A stretch of DNA of 64,000 nt from an uncultured Chthonomonas sp. (GTDB lineage: Bacteria; Armatimonadota; Chthonomonadetes; Chthonomonadales; CAJBBX01). Both the position numbers and the translations under genes were made by a program. Positions 9,610-19,915 of this stretch are shown here, in pieces; the first letter of the stretch is position 1; each line of letters starts with the position of its first letter. The notes beneath the pieces are model-generated. The model was not told where the DNA came from. It made no database searches and saw only the letters and a program-made list of their open reading frames with translations. The stretch covers positions 1,063 to 65,062 of the forward strand of contig CAISJD010000192.1 in assembly GCA_903885605.1 (NCBI GenBank), given 5' to 3'.

Positions 9610-10368
9610 TTAGATGTCGGACGGATCGTTGTCGAGGTGCCAATGGTGGCCCTTCAGGTACCAGTTGATATCGTAGTTGGCTACGCCCAACTGGGTGGTG
9701 AACGGGATGCGCAGCAGCGACGCATGGCCGTCGAAGAAGACGGCGTTGATGGTCTTGTCGCGGTTCTCGTTGGCGGTGGTCCACATCCAGGGGGTGCCGC
9801 CGCCGTCGTGCCAGGCCTCTTCAACGATCGGCGCCAGGGACGCCGGCCGCTGGACGGAGGCCATGCGCATGGCATGGCGCCATGTGAAGGTGTAGCCGTC
9901 GATGGCGTGGCGGAAGTAGTAGCTGCTGGAGACGGCCCAGGGAATCCAGCGCTCAGCCTGCGCGTCGCTGGGGCAGGTGAAGATCTGGGTGTTCTTGACG
10001 TAGGGGTTCAGAACGCGGACATGGCCGCCCAACTGGCCGTTGGACAGGTAGCGCCGATGGCCCCATGCCTGGATGTGCAGGCCACCGACGTAGCCGTTGG
10101 CGTAGTTGCACATGGGCGCGAAGGAGGCGTCGTCGCGACAGGCCACCGACGAGTCCGGTACAGTCTCGTCGTAGTCCTGCACGTACATCATGAGGCTCAA
10201 GCCGATCTGCTTCATGTTGGAGAGGCAGGAGGTCTTCCTGGCCTGCTCACGGGCGCGGGCAAAGACAGGGAAGAGGATCGCCGCCAGGATCGCGATGATC
10301 GCAATGACGACGAGCAGTTCGATCAGCGTAAAGCCACGCCGACCACGTTGTGCATGCATCAGTCTCAC
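9610..10368 (-). CDS. prepilin-type N-terminal cleavage/methylation domain protein, DUF1559 (H-X9-DG type pseudopilin-like)
   Basis: Class III signal ...RGRRG|[57 protein letters not shown]-terminal FFDGH motif. The ORF is open to 10419. I prefer the GTG at 10368, which is 6 nt after AAGGAG. ATG 10359 and 10419 are alternatives. Confidence 0.75.
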   Translation of the reverse strand: MRLMHAQRGRRGFTLIELLVVIAIIAILAAILFPVFARAREQARKTSCLSNMKQIGLSLMMYVQDYDETVPDSSVACRDDASFAPMCNYANGYVGGLHIQAWGHRRYLSNGQLGGHVRVLNPYVKNTQIFTCPSDAQAERWIPWAVSSSYYFRHAIDGYTFTWRHAMRMASVQRPASLAPIVEEAWHDGGGTPWMWTTANENRDKTINAVFFDGHASLLRIPFTTQLGVANYDINWYLKGHHWHLDNDPSDI

Positions 10369-10421
10369 ATCCATCTCCTTCGTCGATTTGATGTGCCGGC
10401 GCTCGTTGGCGACGGTCATCG

Positions 10422-11600
10422 CTATAGGCGAGCAGCCCGGCTACGCGCCTTTGCGCGGCCGGGCGGCGAGCACCCGCATGACTCACGGACAACCAGTTGC
10501 GTCGGACAGGTGACGCGACGGGCGACGCCCGTGTACGTTCCCGCCATGCGGTCCAAGAGCAACCTCGCGGCGGTCTGGCCCATCTCGTAGAACGGCTGCC
10601 TCACCGTTGTCAGCGGCGGCTCCATGAGCGCGGCAGCCCCGATATCATCGAACCCGGCTACGGCCACATCGTTGGGCACCCTGAGCCCGCGATCACGCAG
10701 GGCGCGGATCAGGAGCAACGCCAGGCCGTCATTCACCGCGAAGACCGCGTCGGGGATCGCCTCCGCCACGATCCAGCCATCGACGATGCGGGCCATTTCG
10801 GCGTTTGTGCCGGCCGTCGTTCCGCCCATCTCCACGCGGGCCGGCAGTTCATGTGCGTCCATGGCCTCCGTATAGCCGGCGAGCCTTTCGGTGCACGACG
10901 AAGGCTCAGGCTCCAGCGAGATGGCCACGATGCGACGGTAGCCGTCCTGCACAAGATGCTCGACGGCCTCGCGGGCGGCTTGCGCGTTTGGTACGCCTAC
11001 ATAGTCGCAGTCGAGGCCCTGCAGGTACCGGTCTATCTGCACCACGTTGACGCCGCAGGCCACGGCCTCGGCAAGGAGGCTCCGGTTCCGGTCTGTGGGT
11101 TCGGCGTAGATGATGATCCCGCCGATGCCCTTATCTATCAAAGATCGCAGGTGCGCCGCTTCGGTCTCGTGCCGCCTCAGGGCATCCCTCGGCGTCTCGC
11201 ACACGATGAGGTGGTGGTCCTCATACCTCATGATCTCCTGGCAGCCCTGGAATATGGCCGCTGAGCCGTCCCGCGCCATGCCATACACGATCAGCGCCGC
11301 CAACTGCAGCTGGTCCCTGGCCTCCCTGGGCGTCATATGCGGCTCCGGAAGGCCCAGCACGACGGTCCCGCGCCCCTGCTCCGAAGCCACCAAGCCGTCC
11401 TGCTTCAGCACCTCCACCGCCTGCCGGATCGTGTCGCGGCTACACCGAAACTCGGCGGCCAGGTCACGCTCCGACGGGAAGTACTCGCCCACGGCATAGC
11501 CGTAGTCCGCGATGCGGTCCCGCATGATACGAACGACGCGTTGATAGGCCGGAAGCCTGCTCCGCCTTACGGCCGCATCCGCGGTTGGCATCGTCGCCAT
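10422..11600 (-). CDS. transcriptional regulator, GntR-type wHTH fused to LacI/PBP1-type sugar-binding domain
   Basis: N-terminal [53 protein letters not shown] (GntR HTH). The C-terminal part shows a periplasmic-binding-protein pattern ([35 protein letters not shown]). The start is uncertain. ATG 11600 was chosen, and the ORF is open to 11750. Confidence 0.75.
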   Translation of the reverse strand: MATMPTADAAVRRSRLPAYQRVVRIMRDRIADYGYAVGEYFPSERDLAAEFRCSRDTIRQAVEVLKQDGLVASEQGRGTVVLGLPEPHMTPREARDQLQLAALIVYGMARDGSAAIFQGCQEIMRYEDHHLIVCETPRDALRRHETEAAHLRSLIDKGIGGIIIYAEPTDRNRSLLAEAVACGVNVVQIDRYLQGLDCDYVGVPNAQAAREAVEHLVQDGYRRIVAISLEPEPSSCTERLAGYTEAMDAHELPARVEMGGTTAGTNAEMARIVDGWIVAEAIPDAVFAVNDGLALLLIRALRDRGLRVPNDVAVAGFDDIGAAALMEPPLTTVRQPFYEMGQTAARLLLDRMAGTYTGVARRVTCPTQLVVRESCGCSPPGRAKARSRAARL

Positions 11601-11795
11601 CGTCTGATTCGCCTCGTCCTCAGCGTCCCCTGCATCGTCCTGCCGCCTGCTGGTTCCCACTATGCTGCCTACCACTTTACACCACTTGCAGTCCAGTGTC
11701 AAGCTGCACCTCGACGCCCGGCCGGAATCGCGAGCGGTATACTGGTTCAATCACTCGCTTCAACGCCGAAGCGCCGTCAACGATGGGGAGCAGCC

Positions 11796-13511
11796 ATGGG
11801 CGAAGCAGACGTTGCAGGAGGCGCCGGCGAGCGCCGCGAGACCCAGACCGACTTCATCCGGGAGGCTATCCGCGAGGACCTGCGGAACGGCCGGTTCGAC
11901 CGCGTCCATACGCGCTTCCCGCCGGAGCCCAACGCCTACCTGCACATCGGGCACGCTAAGGCCGTCTGGATCGACTACGGCATCGCGCTGGAGTTCGGAG
12001 GCAAGTTCAACCTCCGCTTCGACGACACCAACCCCGTGCGCGAGGATCAGGAGTTTGTCGATGCCATCATCGAGGACGTCCGCTGGATCGGCGCCGACTG
12101 GGAGGACCGCCTCCTCTTCGCCTCGGACTACTTCGACCAGATGTACGAGTGGGCCTGCGACCTGATCCGCAAGGGCAAGGCCTACGTCTGCGACCTGACC
12201 GCCGACGAGGTGAGCGCCACACGAGGCAGCCTCACCGCCCCCGGCCAGGAGAGCCCCTACCGCGACCGCACTCCCGAGGAGAACCTGGACCTCTTCGCCC
12301 GCATGCGCGCCGGCGAGTTCCCCGACGGCACGCGCACCCTCCGGGCCAAGATCGACATGGCCTCGCCCAACTTCCTCCTGCGCGACCCGGTGATGTACCG
12401 CATCCTCCACTCCGACCACCACCGCCAGGGAGACAAGTGGCGCCTCTATCCCATGTACGACTGGGCGCACGGGCTGGAGGACTCCATCGAGGGGGTCACC
12501 CACTCTCTCTGCTCGCAGGAGTACGAGATCCACCGTCCGCTCTACGACTGGTTCCTGGACGAGCTGGGCGTCTACCACCCGCGCCAGATCGAGTTCGCGC
12601 GGCTGAACCTCTACTACACGGTGATGAGCAAGCGGCGCTTCATTGAGCTGGTCAACGGCGGCCACGTCAACGGCTACGACGACCCGCGCCTGCCCACCCT
12701 GGCCGGGCTCCGCCGCCGGGGCTTCACGCCTGAGGCCATTCGCGAGTTCTGCCGCCGCATCGGCGTCGCCAAGACCGACAGCATGGTCGACGTCGCCGCG
12801 CTGGAAGACTGTGTCCGCGAGGACCTGAACCGCACGTCGCCGCGCATCATGGCCGTACTCGACCCGCTGAAGGTGGTGCTGACCAACTACCCCGCCGGCC
12901 AGGTCGAGCAGCTCGACGTCATCAACAACCCCGAGGACCCCTCGGCCGGAACCCGCAAGGTGCCCTTCGCCGGCGAGCTCTACATCGAGCGCGACGACTT
13001 CCGCGAGGATCCGCCGCCCAAGTTCTTCCGCCTCTCCCCGGGCCGAGAAGTGCGCCTGCGCAACGGCTACTTCATCCGCTGCGAGGAGGTGGTGAAGGAC
13101 GCCGACGGCGGCATCGTTGAGCTTCGCTGTACCTACGACCCGGCCACCCGGGGCGGCGACGCCCCCGACGGACGCAAGGTAAAGGCGACCCTCCACTGGG
13201 TGGCGGCTCCCACCGCGGCCCCCATGGAGGCGAGGCTCTACGACCACCTCTTCGTGAAGCCCGATCCCGACGACGTCGAGCCGGGCCAGACCTATCTCGA
13301 CAACCTGAACCCCGAATCCCTCAAGGTGGTGCGCGGCTTCGTGGAGCCCTCGGCCGCCGAGGCGCAGCCGGGCACGCGGTACCAGTTCGAGCGGCTCGGC
13401 TACTTCTGCATCGACAAGGAGAGCGCGCCCGGCGCCCTGGTCTTCAACCGCACGGTCACCCTCCGCGACGCCTGGGCCAGGATCGAGAAGGCGGCCAAAG
13501 GCGGCAAGTGA
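11796..13511 (+). CDS. glnS: glutamine--tRNA ligase (GlnRS)
   Basis: [13 protein letters not shown]...[20 protein letters not shown] (HIGH motif), [15 protein letters not shown] (KMSKS variant) and the C-terminal anticodon-binding domain. ATG at 11796. The upstream part of the 11337 ORF overlaps the divergent regulator. Confidence 0.92.
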   Translation: MGEADVAGGAGERRETQTDFIREAIREDLRNGRFDRVHTRFPPEPNAYLHIGHAKAVWIDYGIALEFGGKFNLRFDDTNPVREDQEFVDAIIEDVRWIGADWEDRLLFASDYFDQMYEWACDLIRKGKAYVCDLTADEVSATRGSLTAPGQESPYRDRTPEENLDLFARMRAGEFPDGTRTLRAKIDMASPNFLLRDPVMYRILHSDHHRQGDKWRLYPMYDWAHGLEDSIEGVTHSLCSQEYEIHRPLYDWFLDELGVYHPRQIEFARLNLYYTVMSKRRFIELVNGGHVNGYDDPRLPTLAGLRRRGFTPEAIREFCRRIGVAKTDSMVDVAALEDCVREDLNRTSPRIMAVLDPLKVVLTNYPAGQVEQLDVINNPEDPSAGTRKVPFAGELYIERDDFREDPPPKFFRLSPGREVRLRNGYFIRCEEVVKDADGGIVELRCTYDPATRGGDAPDGRKVKATLHWVAAPTAAPMEARLYDHLFVKPDPDDVEPGQTYLDNLNPESLKVVRGFVEPSAAEAQPGTRYQFERLGYFCIDKESAPGALVFNRTVTLRDAWARIEKAAKGGK

Positions 13512-13526
13512 GCTGTCGGGTAGCGG

Positions 13527-13555
13527 TTGACAAGCGCCGCGCCGAACGGTAAAAT
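13527..13555 (+). promoter_or_regulatory. sigma-70-type promoter for tRNA-Gln
   Basis: TTGACA (13527-13532), then a 17-bp spacer, then TAAAAT (13550-13555). The -10 element ends 11 nt upstream of the tRNA 5' end. Confidence 0.6.
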
Positions 13556-13566
13556 GACAGTCGCGT

Positions 13567-13639
13567 TGCCGGATAGCTCAGTTGGCAGAGCGGCTGACTC
13601 TGGATCAGCAGGTCTAAGGTTCGAACCCTTATCCGGCAG
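13567..13639 (+). tRNA. tRNA-Gln (anticodon CTG)
   Basis: Hand-folded cloverleaf. Acceptor TGCCGGA/TCCGGCA, D stem GCTC/GAGC, anticodon stem GCTGA/TCAGC with loop CTCTGGA (anticodon CTG at 13600-13602), T arm TAAGG-TTCGAAC-CCTTA, discriminator G. A U1:A72 pair is present and CCA is not encoded. Confidence 0.9.
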
Positions 13640-13659
13640 TACTGACCAGCCTATCAGTG

Positions 13660-13697
13660 AAACGGGATGCTCGCGAGTTCGCGGGCATCCCGTTTCT
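13660..13697 (+). terminator. stem-loop terminator after tRNA-Gln
   Basis: AAACGGGATGC (13660-13670) pairs perfectly with GCATCCCGTTT (13685-13695). An inner CGCG/CGCG pairing is present, and TTTCTG follows the stem. Confidence 0.6.
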
Positions 13698-13736
13698 GCA
13701 TCTCAGGCCGCGCTGAGGACCCACAAGGGGGCGCCC

Positions 13737-16700
13737 GTGCATAGACAGCTCTTCGTGATCGCCGTGCTCCTCCTGACTCGCGCTGTGTCGGCCGCCGAGG
13801 GCAAGCCGGCCGTGGTGGACACGCTCTTTGCCACCGACGACGTCGTGATCGCCACGTCCGTGGTCAGCCCACCCGCGGACCCCGGCGCCGATGCGAGCCC
13901 GCTGATCCAAGCCGCCGTGGACAGCACTGCTACCGGCGGCGGGGGCGTGGTCTTCCTCCGTGCCGGCCGGTACCGGATCGAGCGGCCCCTCGTCATCAAG
14001 GACGGCGTGACGCTGCGCGGCGACTGGACGCCGCCGAGCCGGAGAGGCTGGGAAGGCGGCACCCTCTTGATGCCGACCGCCGGCAAGGGGAGCGCGGAGG
14101 GGCCTCCTGCCATCGGGCTGACCAGCAACTGCGGCGTGCGGGAGATCGCCGTCTGGTACCCGGAGCAGTCTGCCGTCCGGCCCGTGCCGTACCCGTGGAC
14201 CATCGCGACCGTCAGGGCCGCCGGCTCGACCCAGTCCATCGCGAACCCGACCGTGCTGAACGTGACCCTGGTGAACCCCTACCAGGGCGTCTGCATCGGC
14301 CCGCAGACGAACTTCCTCTTCGTGGTGCGCAACGTGTACGGCACGCCGCTCAGGACCGGCCTCTCCATCGACGCCTGTTACGACATCGGCCGCACGCATG
14401 GTGTGCGCTTCAGCCCGCGGTGGTGGGAAACGGCCCGGCTGCCGGGCGCGCCAAAGACGCACGCCTCGCGGACGGCGCTGCGAGCCTTCATGCTCCGCGA
14501 GGCGACGGCGCTGGACCTGGGGCGCGACGAGTGGGGCTACGTGTACGGCGTTGAGATCGACGGCTACCGGACCGGCATTCGGTTGCGGCCCGGCGATGGG
14601 CTCATGAACGGCGTTTTCTTCGGCTGCACCGTGCGCGATTGCGCGACGGCGCTGCAGTTGGACGCCGTCAGCCCGATCGGCATCTCCGCGACCGGATGCA
14701 CGTTCCAGGGCAGGGACTGCGCCGTCGCGGCGCCCGCCTCGTTCGGGGGAGTGGCGCAATTCAACACCTGCACGTTCGCTTCCGGCGGCAGGTCGGCGAT
14801 CACCGGCGGCGGCTCCGGCACGCTCATGTTCCAGAACTGCTCGTTCCGAGCATGGCGGCAGGTGGCCGTCGACGCTACGGCCGGCGCGTTGACTGCCATG
14901 GGATGCTCATTCCAGCAGGCGGGTGCGCACGTCAGGCTCGGGCCGGGCGTCGCTCGGGCCAGGATCATCGGCAATCGGTTCGCCGGGCGGCCCGGGATCG
15001 AGTGCCGGGCGGAGCGCGGCGACGTGCAGGTCTCGCACCGTCCCGTTGCGTTCGCGCGGCCGGACGTGTCGCCGATGCAACTGCCTCCCGATCCCAGGCC
15101 GGCGACGAGGCAGCTCTTCCTCGTGACCGACTACGGAGCGGCGCCGGAGCGTCAGGACAACACAGATGCGTTCCGGCGAGCGCTCGAGGCAGGCGGCCGC
15201 GCCGGCGGCGGGACGGTCTACGTTCCGGCGGGGGTGTACCGACTGGCCGGGCAGATCACCGTGCCTGCGGGGGTCGAACTCCGCGGCTCCTTCGACACGC
15301 CGCACCACACGTTGTGCGCGGGCTCGGCGCTACTGACCACATCGGGACGCGGAAATGCCGAGGGCACGCCCTTCATCCAGCTTCGGTCCGGATCGGGCCT
15401 CCGCGGCCTAACCATCTCGTACCCGGATCAGAACATGACCGGTATTGTGCCGTACCCCTGGGCCGTCAGGGGCCTCGGCCCGCGCTGTTGGGTCATGCAC
15501 GTCAACATCGCGAACGCGTTCCAAGGGGTGGATTTCTGGACCCATCGAAGCGACGGCCACCTCATCCGCTACCTCGACGGCTCGTACTACCAGAAGGGCC
15601 TGTTCGTCAGCAAGTGCCGCGGCAAGGGCTGGATCGACGACGTGCACTTCAACCCGCACTTCGGCTTCTGGGTCGATCCCCGCCTCAAGCCTGTGCCGAC
15701 GGCGAACTGGGACGCTACGATCGAGTATGTGAGGTCCAACCTGATCGGAGTGGCGCTCGGCCGCTGTGACGACGAGCAGGCGCTCAGCACCTTCCTCTAC
15801 GCAGGCCACGACGGCTTGGCGTTCCTGGACGACGGCGGCAGCGCGAAGGCGCGCGTGATCCATCATGGAACCGACACCGGTGAGCGGTGCGTCGCCATTG
15901 AGACCTCCGGCAAGAGCCGCATCACGCTGATCAACCCCCAGCTGGTGCCTCTGGGCCGCCAGGTTGTGGGCGGGATCGTGGTCGGCGAGCGCTTTGCCGG
16001 CGCCGCTTCGCTCTTCGGCTCGTCCATGTGGCCGTCGAGCATCGGAGGGGTGGTCGGCGGGCGCGGCAGCGTGCTGATACAGGGCTTGAACAACCTCAGC
16101 GGCACGATCACGATCCGGGGCGGCCGATGCGCCGTAGAGAACGCCCGGTTCGACGGCGCGCCCGGTCCCGAGATCCGTGTGACAAGCGGATGCAACGCAG
16201 CGCGGCTGATCGGCAACGTGTCAGCGTCCGGCTCTCTCGGGATCGACAACCAGGCGCAGGGACGATGCGTCGCACTGGCCAACTCCCTCGACGTGCCCGT
16301 GAGCCCCGTAGCCGGCATGAGCGTCCTCACCACGGGATGGGAGGCGGCCGATCCGCAGCGCGCGCCCGACCGGGTCGACTCCACGGGGTCGTGGCAGGCG
16401 GGAGTGTCCGGAGCGGCGTGCCGCGTTACGGACCAGGACTGCCGCGTTACGGACCAGGACTGCCGCACCGGCCGACGCGCGCTGCGGATCTCCGGACGAG
16501 CGGACGACCCGGTTCACGCCTACGCCTACTACCGCATACTGGATGGACCCATCGCCGTCTATCGCGATACGGTCCTGAGCTACTGGATCAAGCCGTCCGA
16601 CGAGACCAGCCGACAGGCCGGCATTGATCTGACCTTCACCGACGGCTCCGATCTGCGCTCGTCCTCGGCAACCACCAGCACGGGCGCGAACGTGCATGCC

Positions 16701-17141
16701 GCCAACCCGAAGGGCGTCGTCGGCCAGTGGACCCAGGTCAGCATCCCCCTTGGCCGGTACCTGACGGGCAAGACCATCAGCGCCGTCCTGCTCGCGTATG
16801 ACAGCCGCGGCGGTCACGGCCCCTTCGATGCGTGCATCGATGATCTATCCGTGCAGTCGTCGCTGGCCGGCCGGAACTGGGAGGTGCGAGCCGACCCGGC
16901 GGGCGGCGTGTACCCGGGAGAGGTCCGTGTCGAGCTGAAGGCTACCGGGTCCGCGGCGATCAGGTACACGCTGGATGGAACGTCGCCGCGGCCCGACTCG
17001 CCTCTCTACGGCGGCCCCATTCTGCTGGCCCGTCCCGGCCTGTACGATGTCAGGTTCCAGACGCAGGCGCCGGATGGGCGCCTGAGCGGCTGGGTCGGCG
17101 GAGCGCTGTATGAGGTCGGCAGCCGCGCCATGGGGCGGTAG
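13737..17141 (+). CDS. secreted tandem right-handed beta-helix glycosidase (two pectate-lyase-3-type domains, GH55-like architecture) with C-terminal carbohydrate-binding-like and chitobiase/Hex C-terminal (Fn3-like) domains
   Basis: GTG at 13737 preceded by AAGGGGG. Signal (M)HRQLFVIAVLLLTRAVSAAEG. Two copies of the Pectate_lyase_3 signature (IQAAVDSTATGGGGVVFLRAGRYRIERPLVIKDGVTLRGDW and FRRALEAGGRAGGGTVYVPAGVYRLAGQITVPAGVELRGSF). C-terminal IRYTLDGTSPRPDSPLYGGPI. The track ORF start at 13527 would run through the tRNA. Confidence 0.65.
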   Translation: MHRQLFVIAVLLLTRAVSAAEGKPAVVDTLFATDDVVIATSVVSPPADPGADASPLIQAAVDSTATGGGGVVFLRAGRYRIERPLVIKDGVTLRGDWTPPSRRGWEGGTLLMPTAGKGSAEGPPAIGLTSNCGVREIAVWYPEQSAVRPVPYPWTIATVRAAGSTQSIANPTVLNVTLVNPYQGVCIGPQTNFLFVVRNVYGTPLRTGLSIDACYDIGRTHGVRFSPRWWETARLPGAPKTHASRTALRAFMLREATALDLGRDEWGYVYGVEIDGYRTGIRLRPGDGLMNGVFFGCTVRDCATALQLDAVSPIGISATGCTFQGRDCAVAAPASFGGVAQFNTCTFASGGRSAITGGGSGTLMFQNCSFRAWRQVAVDATAGALTAMGCSFQQAGAHVRLGPGVARARIIGNRFAGRPGIECRAERGDVQVSHRPVAFARPDVSPMQLPPDPRPATRQLFLVTDYGAAPERQDNTDAFRRALEAGGRAGGGTVYVPAGVYRLAGQITVPAGVELRGSFDTPHHTLCAGSALLTTSGRGNAEGTPFIQLRSGSGLRGLTISYPDQNMTGIVPYPWAVRGLGPRCWVMHVNIANAFQGVDFWTHRSDGHLIRYLDGSYYQKGLFVSKCRGKGWIDDVHFNPHFGFWVDPRLKPVPTANWDATIEYVRSNLIGVALGRCDDEQALSTFLYAGHDGLAFLDDGGSAKARVIHHGTDTGERCVAIETSGKSRITLINPQLVPLGRQVVGGIVVGERFAGAASLFGSSMWPSSIGGVVGGRGSVLIQGLNNLSGTITIRGGRCAVENARFDGAPGPEIRVTSGCNAARLIGNVSASGSLGIDNQAQGRCVALANSLDVPVSPVAGMSVLTTGWEAADPQRAPDRVDSTGSWQAGVSGAACRVTDQDCRVTDQDCRTGRRALRISGRADDPVHAYAYYRILDGPIAVYRDTVLSYWIKPSDETSRQAGIDLTFTDGSDLRSSSATTSTGANVHAANPKGVVGQWTQVSIPLGRYLTGKTISAVLLAYDSRGGHGPFDACIDDLSVQSSLAGRNWEVRADPAGGVYPGEVRVELKATGSAAIRYTLDGTSPRPDSPLYGGPILLARPGLYDVRFQTQAPDGRLSGWVGGALYEVGSRAMGR

Positions 17142-17362
17142 GCGATCCGGCCGCGCGGCTACGGCGGACCCGCCGCCAGCAGGAGGGTCACAAGGCTTCG
17201 CGCGGGAACGGTAGCGCGGACGCTCGCGCCGCCGGTTGTCACCGGGAGCCGGTCCTTCGGCTTGCCGGTCAGGTCCGCCACCCCTCGACTTCGACGACCC
17301 GTAGCGGCGCGCCGGGCGCTCGTTCTGGTAGCATGGGGCATCCTCGAAGCAGGAGCCCGACC

Positions 17363-19897
17363 ATGCGCCTCCGCCTCTCGCTGCCGGCGGTCCTCATCGC
17401 CCTGGCCGCCGCCCTCCCCGCTGTAGCCCAGCCGCTCCAGTCCATGCCGCTCAGCACGCTGACCCCGTCGGCGGAGAAGCAGGGCTACGCCGCGGCGGCC
17501 ATGGACAGCGACGTGGTGGGACCGCCCCTGCGCATCGCCGGTCGTGAGTTCGAGACGGGCATCGGCGCCCACGCTCCGTCGGAGATCACCTACGAACTGG
17601 ACGGCGCCTACACGCGCTTCCGGGCCTGGGTCGGCATCGACGATTCGATGATCCCGCACAAGCTCGGCAGCGTGGAGTTCATCGTCACGGTGGACGGGCG
17701 CGAGGCCTATCGGAGCGGCCTGGTGCGCTTCGGCGAGGCGGCCCGGCGCGTGGACGTGGACCTATCCGGCGCGCGGGAGCTGCGGCTGGCGGCCACCGAC
17801 GGCGGCGACAACATCAACGGCGACCACGCCGACTGGGGCGACGCCCTCCTCCTCGGCCCTGCCGCCGCCGCCGATGCGCCGGGCCCGGTCCGCGCGACCC
17901 TCTCCGTCGCGGGCCTGAAGGTGGCGCTGGACGACGACGGCGACCTGGTGGGCCTCGACGGCGGAAGGCATCCGCGCCTCTCGGGCAAGTGGCGGCTGGC
18001 GGGCTTCCGGCCGACCGGTCCGGCCCGCATGCGCCGATCCGGCGGGGGCGTCACCTTCACGCGAGGCTGGTCCGCCGCCGACGGCCGCGCCTGCTCCATC
18101 GCCGTCACCTGGCGGCCCTCAGGCGGCGCGCTGCGCTGGGAGACGGCCGTCACGTCGCAGGGCAAGCCGTGGACCGCCGCGGCGGTCACCACCCTCTCCT
18201 GCGCCGACGCCGCCGACACCCGCGTCTGGGCCGCCTGGTCGGACCCCGAGCGGAAGCCCGGCCGCTGGCGCGACCCGCTGGAGCCCATCGCCTTCGCGTC
18301 GCGCTCGTGGCGCTACGGCAACGTGACGCAGGCGGGGCCGACCGGGGCGGACTTCATCGTGGCGCCGCTGGTCTCGCTCCTCTCGGCTCGCGCCGACCAG
18401 GGCGTGACGCTCCTGATCCCGCCGGACGGCGTGCTGCTGGACCTCTCGCTGGCCCTGACGGCCTCCGGCGACGTGCGCCTGACGCGCACCCGGCACCGCT
18501 TCGGCGGCGGCAAGACCGTCCGGTTCGCCATGGAGCTGGCGCCCCACGAGGCCCACTGGCGCGGCGCGCTGCGGACGCTGACGGCGCGCTACCCGGCCTA
18601 CTTCGACGCGCCCAACCCGCGCGCCCACGAGCTGGCCGGGACGGCGGCCTATTCCGGCTCCGAGCAGCCCGTCGATGCAGACAAGCTCCGGGCCATGGCC
18701 TTCCGCACCAACTGGAAGCTCTCGGACGACTTCCCCTACATGGGCCAGTTCCTTCCGCCCGTGCGCACGCCCGACGAGAAGTGGGCCCGAGCCGCCGACG
18801 AGCCCTGTCCGCCCGGCAAGGAGGCCTGGACCACCGCGCGCCGCATGAACGACTACGCGCGATGGATGAAGGCGCAGGGCTTCCACGTCCTCAGCTACTT
18901 CAACGTCACCGAGTATGGCCGCAACCTCGTCGACCGGCCGGTGGAGCCCGCCCGCGCGGCCGACCCGGCGCTCTGGAAGGACGGCCTCGCCTACCTGAAG
19001 CTGAAGCTGCCCAACGCCGCGCTCAAGCCGGTTATAGGCACCTGCTACAACGCCTGGATCGTCGACGTGGGCGACCCGGCCTACCGCGACTTCATGCTGG
19101 AGCAGGCCCGCCGCAACATCGCCCTGCTGCCCGACACCGACGGCGTGTGCATCGACCGGCTCGACTGGCTGCGCCTCTACAACCCGGCCGGCGACGACGG
19201 CGTGAGCTGGGTCAACGGCAAGCCCGCGCGGTCGCTCTACCGCTCCTGGCTGGCCTTCACCGACCGCCTCGGGCCGCTCATGCACGCCGCCGACAAGGTC
19301 ATCTTCGCCAACACCATGACCATGCGACTGGAGCTGTGCCGCCGGCTGGACGGCATCTACACCGAGCACGGCGACCAGGGAGGCGCACTCAACGGGGCGG
19401 CGCTCATGGGCCTCCGCAAACCCGTGCTGGCCTGGACGCTGCCCGGCACGCTGCGCGACCCGGACCCCGACAGCTTCTTCCAGCGGCACCTCTACATGGG
19501 GGCCTTCCCCACGGCGCCCTACCCGTACAACAACCACTGCATTGGGCCGGACGCCTGGGCCGAGAGGTACTACATGGACTACGGCCCGCTCATGGACGCC
19601 ATGCGCGGCAAGCGGTGGGTGCTGACGCCGGGCTGCGTCGAGGTGGCGGGCGGACAGGCGAAGGCCAACCTCTTCGAGACGCCCGAAGGCTGGGCGCTGC
19701 CCGTGGCGCTGGGCGGCGAGGCCACGCAGGCTGTCGTCACGCTGCGCGGCGTCCCGGTGGGCGGCGCCCCCAGAATCACGGCCCTCCACCCCGGCCGCAT
19801 CGCCGAGGAGCCCGTCTCGGCGGTCTGGCAATCCGGCGCGCTGACCCTCCGAGTGCCCCTGCGGCGGGGCTGCGCCATGGTGAAGATCGCGCGGTAG
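17363..19897 (+). CDS. secreted NPCBM-domain protein with uncharacterised (probably glycoside-hydrolase-like) C-terminal region
   Basis: AGGAG 7 nt upstream of ATG 17363. Signal MRLRLSLPAVLIALAAALPAVAQP. NPCBM/NEW2 pattern (LRIAGREFETGIGAHAPSEITYELDG.YTRFRAWVGIDD...GSVEFIVTVDGRE...LRLAATDGGDNINGDHADWGDALL). Confidence 0.65.
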   Translation: MRLRLSLPAVLIALAAALPAVAQPLQSMPLSTLTPSAEKQGYAAAAMDSDVVGPPLRIAGREFETGIGAHAPSEITYELDGAYTRFRAWVGIDDSMIPHKLGSVEFIVTVDGREAYRSGLVRFGEAARRVDVDLSGARELRLAATDGGDNINGDHADWGDALLLGPAAAADAPGPVRATLSVAGLKVALDDDGDLVGLDGGRHPRLSGKWRLAGFRPTGPARMRRSGGGVTFTRGWSAADGRACSIAVTWRPSGGALRWETAVTSQGKPWTAAAVTTLSCADAADTRVWAAWSDPERKPGRWRDPLEPIAFASRSWRYGNVTQAGPTGADFIVAPLVSLLSARADQGVTLLIPPDGVLLDLSLALTASGDVRLTRTRHRFGGGKTVRFAMELAPHEAHWRGALRTLTARYPAYFDAPNPRAHELAGTAAYSGSEQPVDADKLRAMAFRTNWKLSDDFPYMGQFLPPVRTPDEKWARAADEPCPPGKEAWTTARRMNDYARWMKAQGFHVLSYFNVTEYGRNLVDRPVEPARAADPALWKDGLAYLKLKLPNAALKPVIGTCYNAWIVDVGDPAYRDFMLEQARRNIALLPDTDGVCIDRLDWLRLYNPAGDDGVSWVNGKPARSLYRSWLAFTDRLGPLMHAADKVIFANTMTMRLELCRRLDGIYTEHGDQGGALNGAALMGLRKPVLAWTLPGTLRDPDPDSFFQRHLYMGAFPTAPYPYNNHCIGPDAWAERYYMDYGPLMDAMRGKRWVLTPGCVEVAGGQAKANLFETPEGWALPVALGGEATQAVVTLRGVPVGGAPRITALHPGRIAEEPVSAVWQSGALTLRVPLRRGCAMVKIAR

Positions 19898-19915
19898 GGC
19901 TGCCTTCAGGGCGGC

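Noticed and set aside
11760-13247. 495-aa antisense ORF inside glnS
   Set aside because: The opposite strand encodes an unmistakable GlnRS. The antisense product is V/G/A/R-rich with no motifs, which is a typical high-GC mirror ORF.
13567-13639. tRNA-Gln as an integration site for a genomic island (the CAZyme block starts right after it)
   Set aside because: No integrase, recombinase or transposase gene is present in the window. I saw no duplicated copy of the tRNA 3' end further downstream. GC and codon style do not visibly change across the tRNA.
13527-13736. TTG-initiated extension of the beta-helix protein ORF
   Set aside because: It would be translated straight through the tRNA-Gln gene, its promoter and its terminator. 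A GTG with an AAGGGGG SD followed by a signal peptide lies at 13737.
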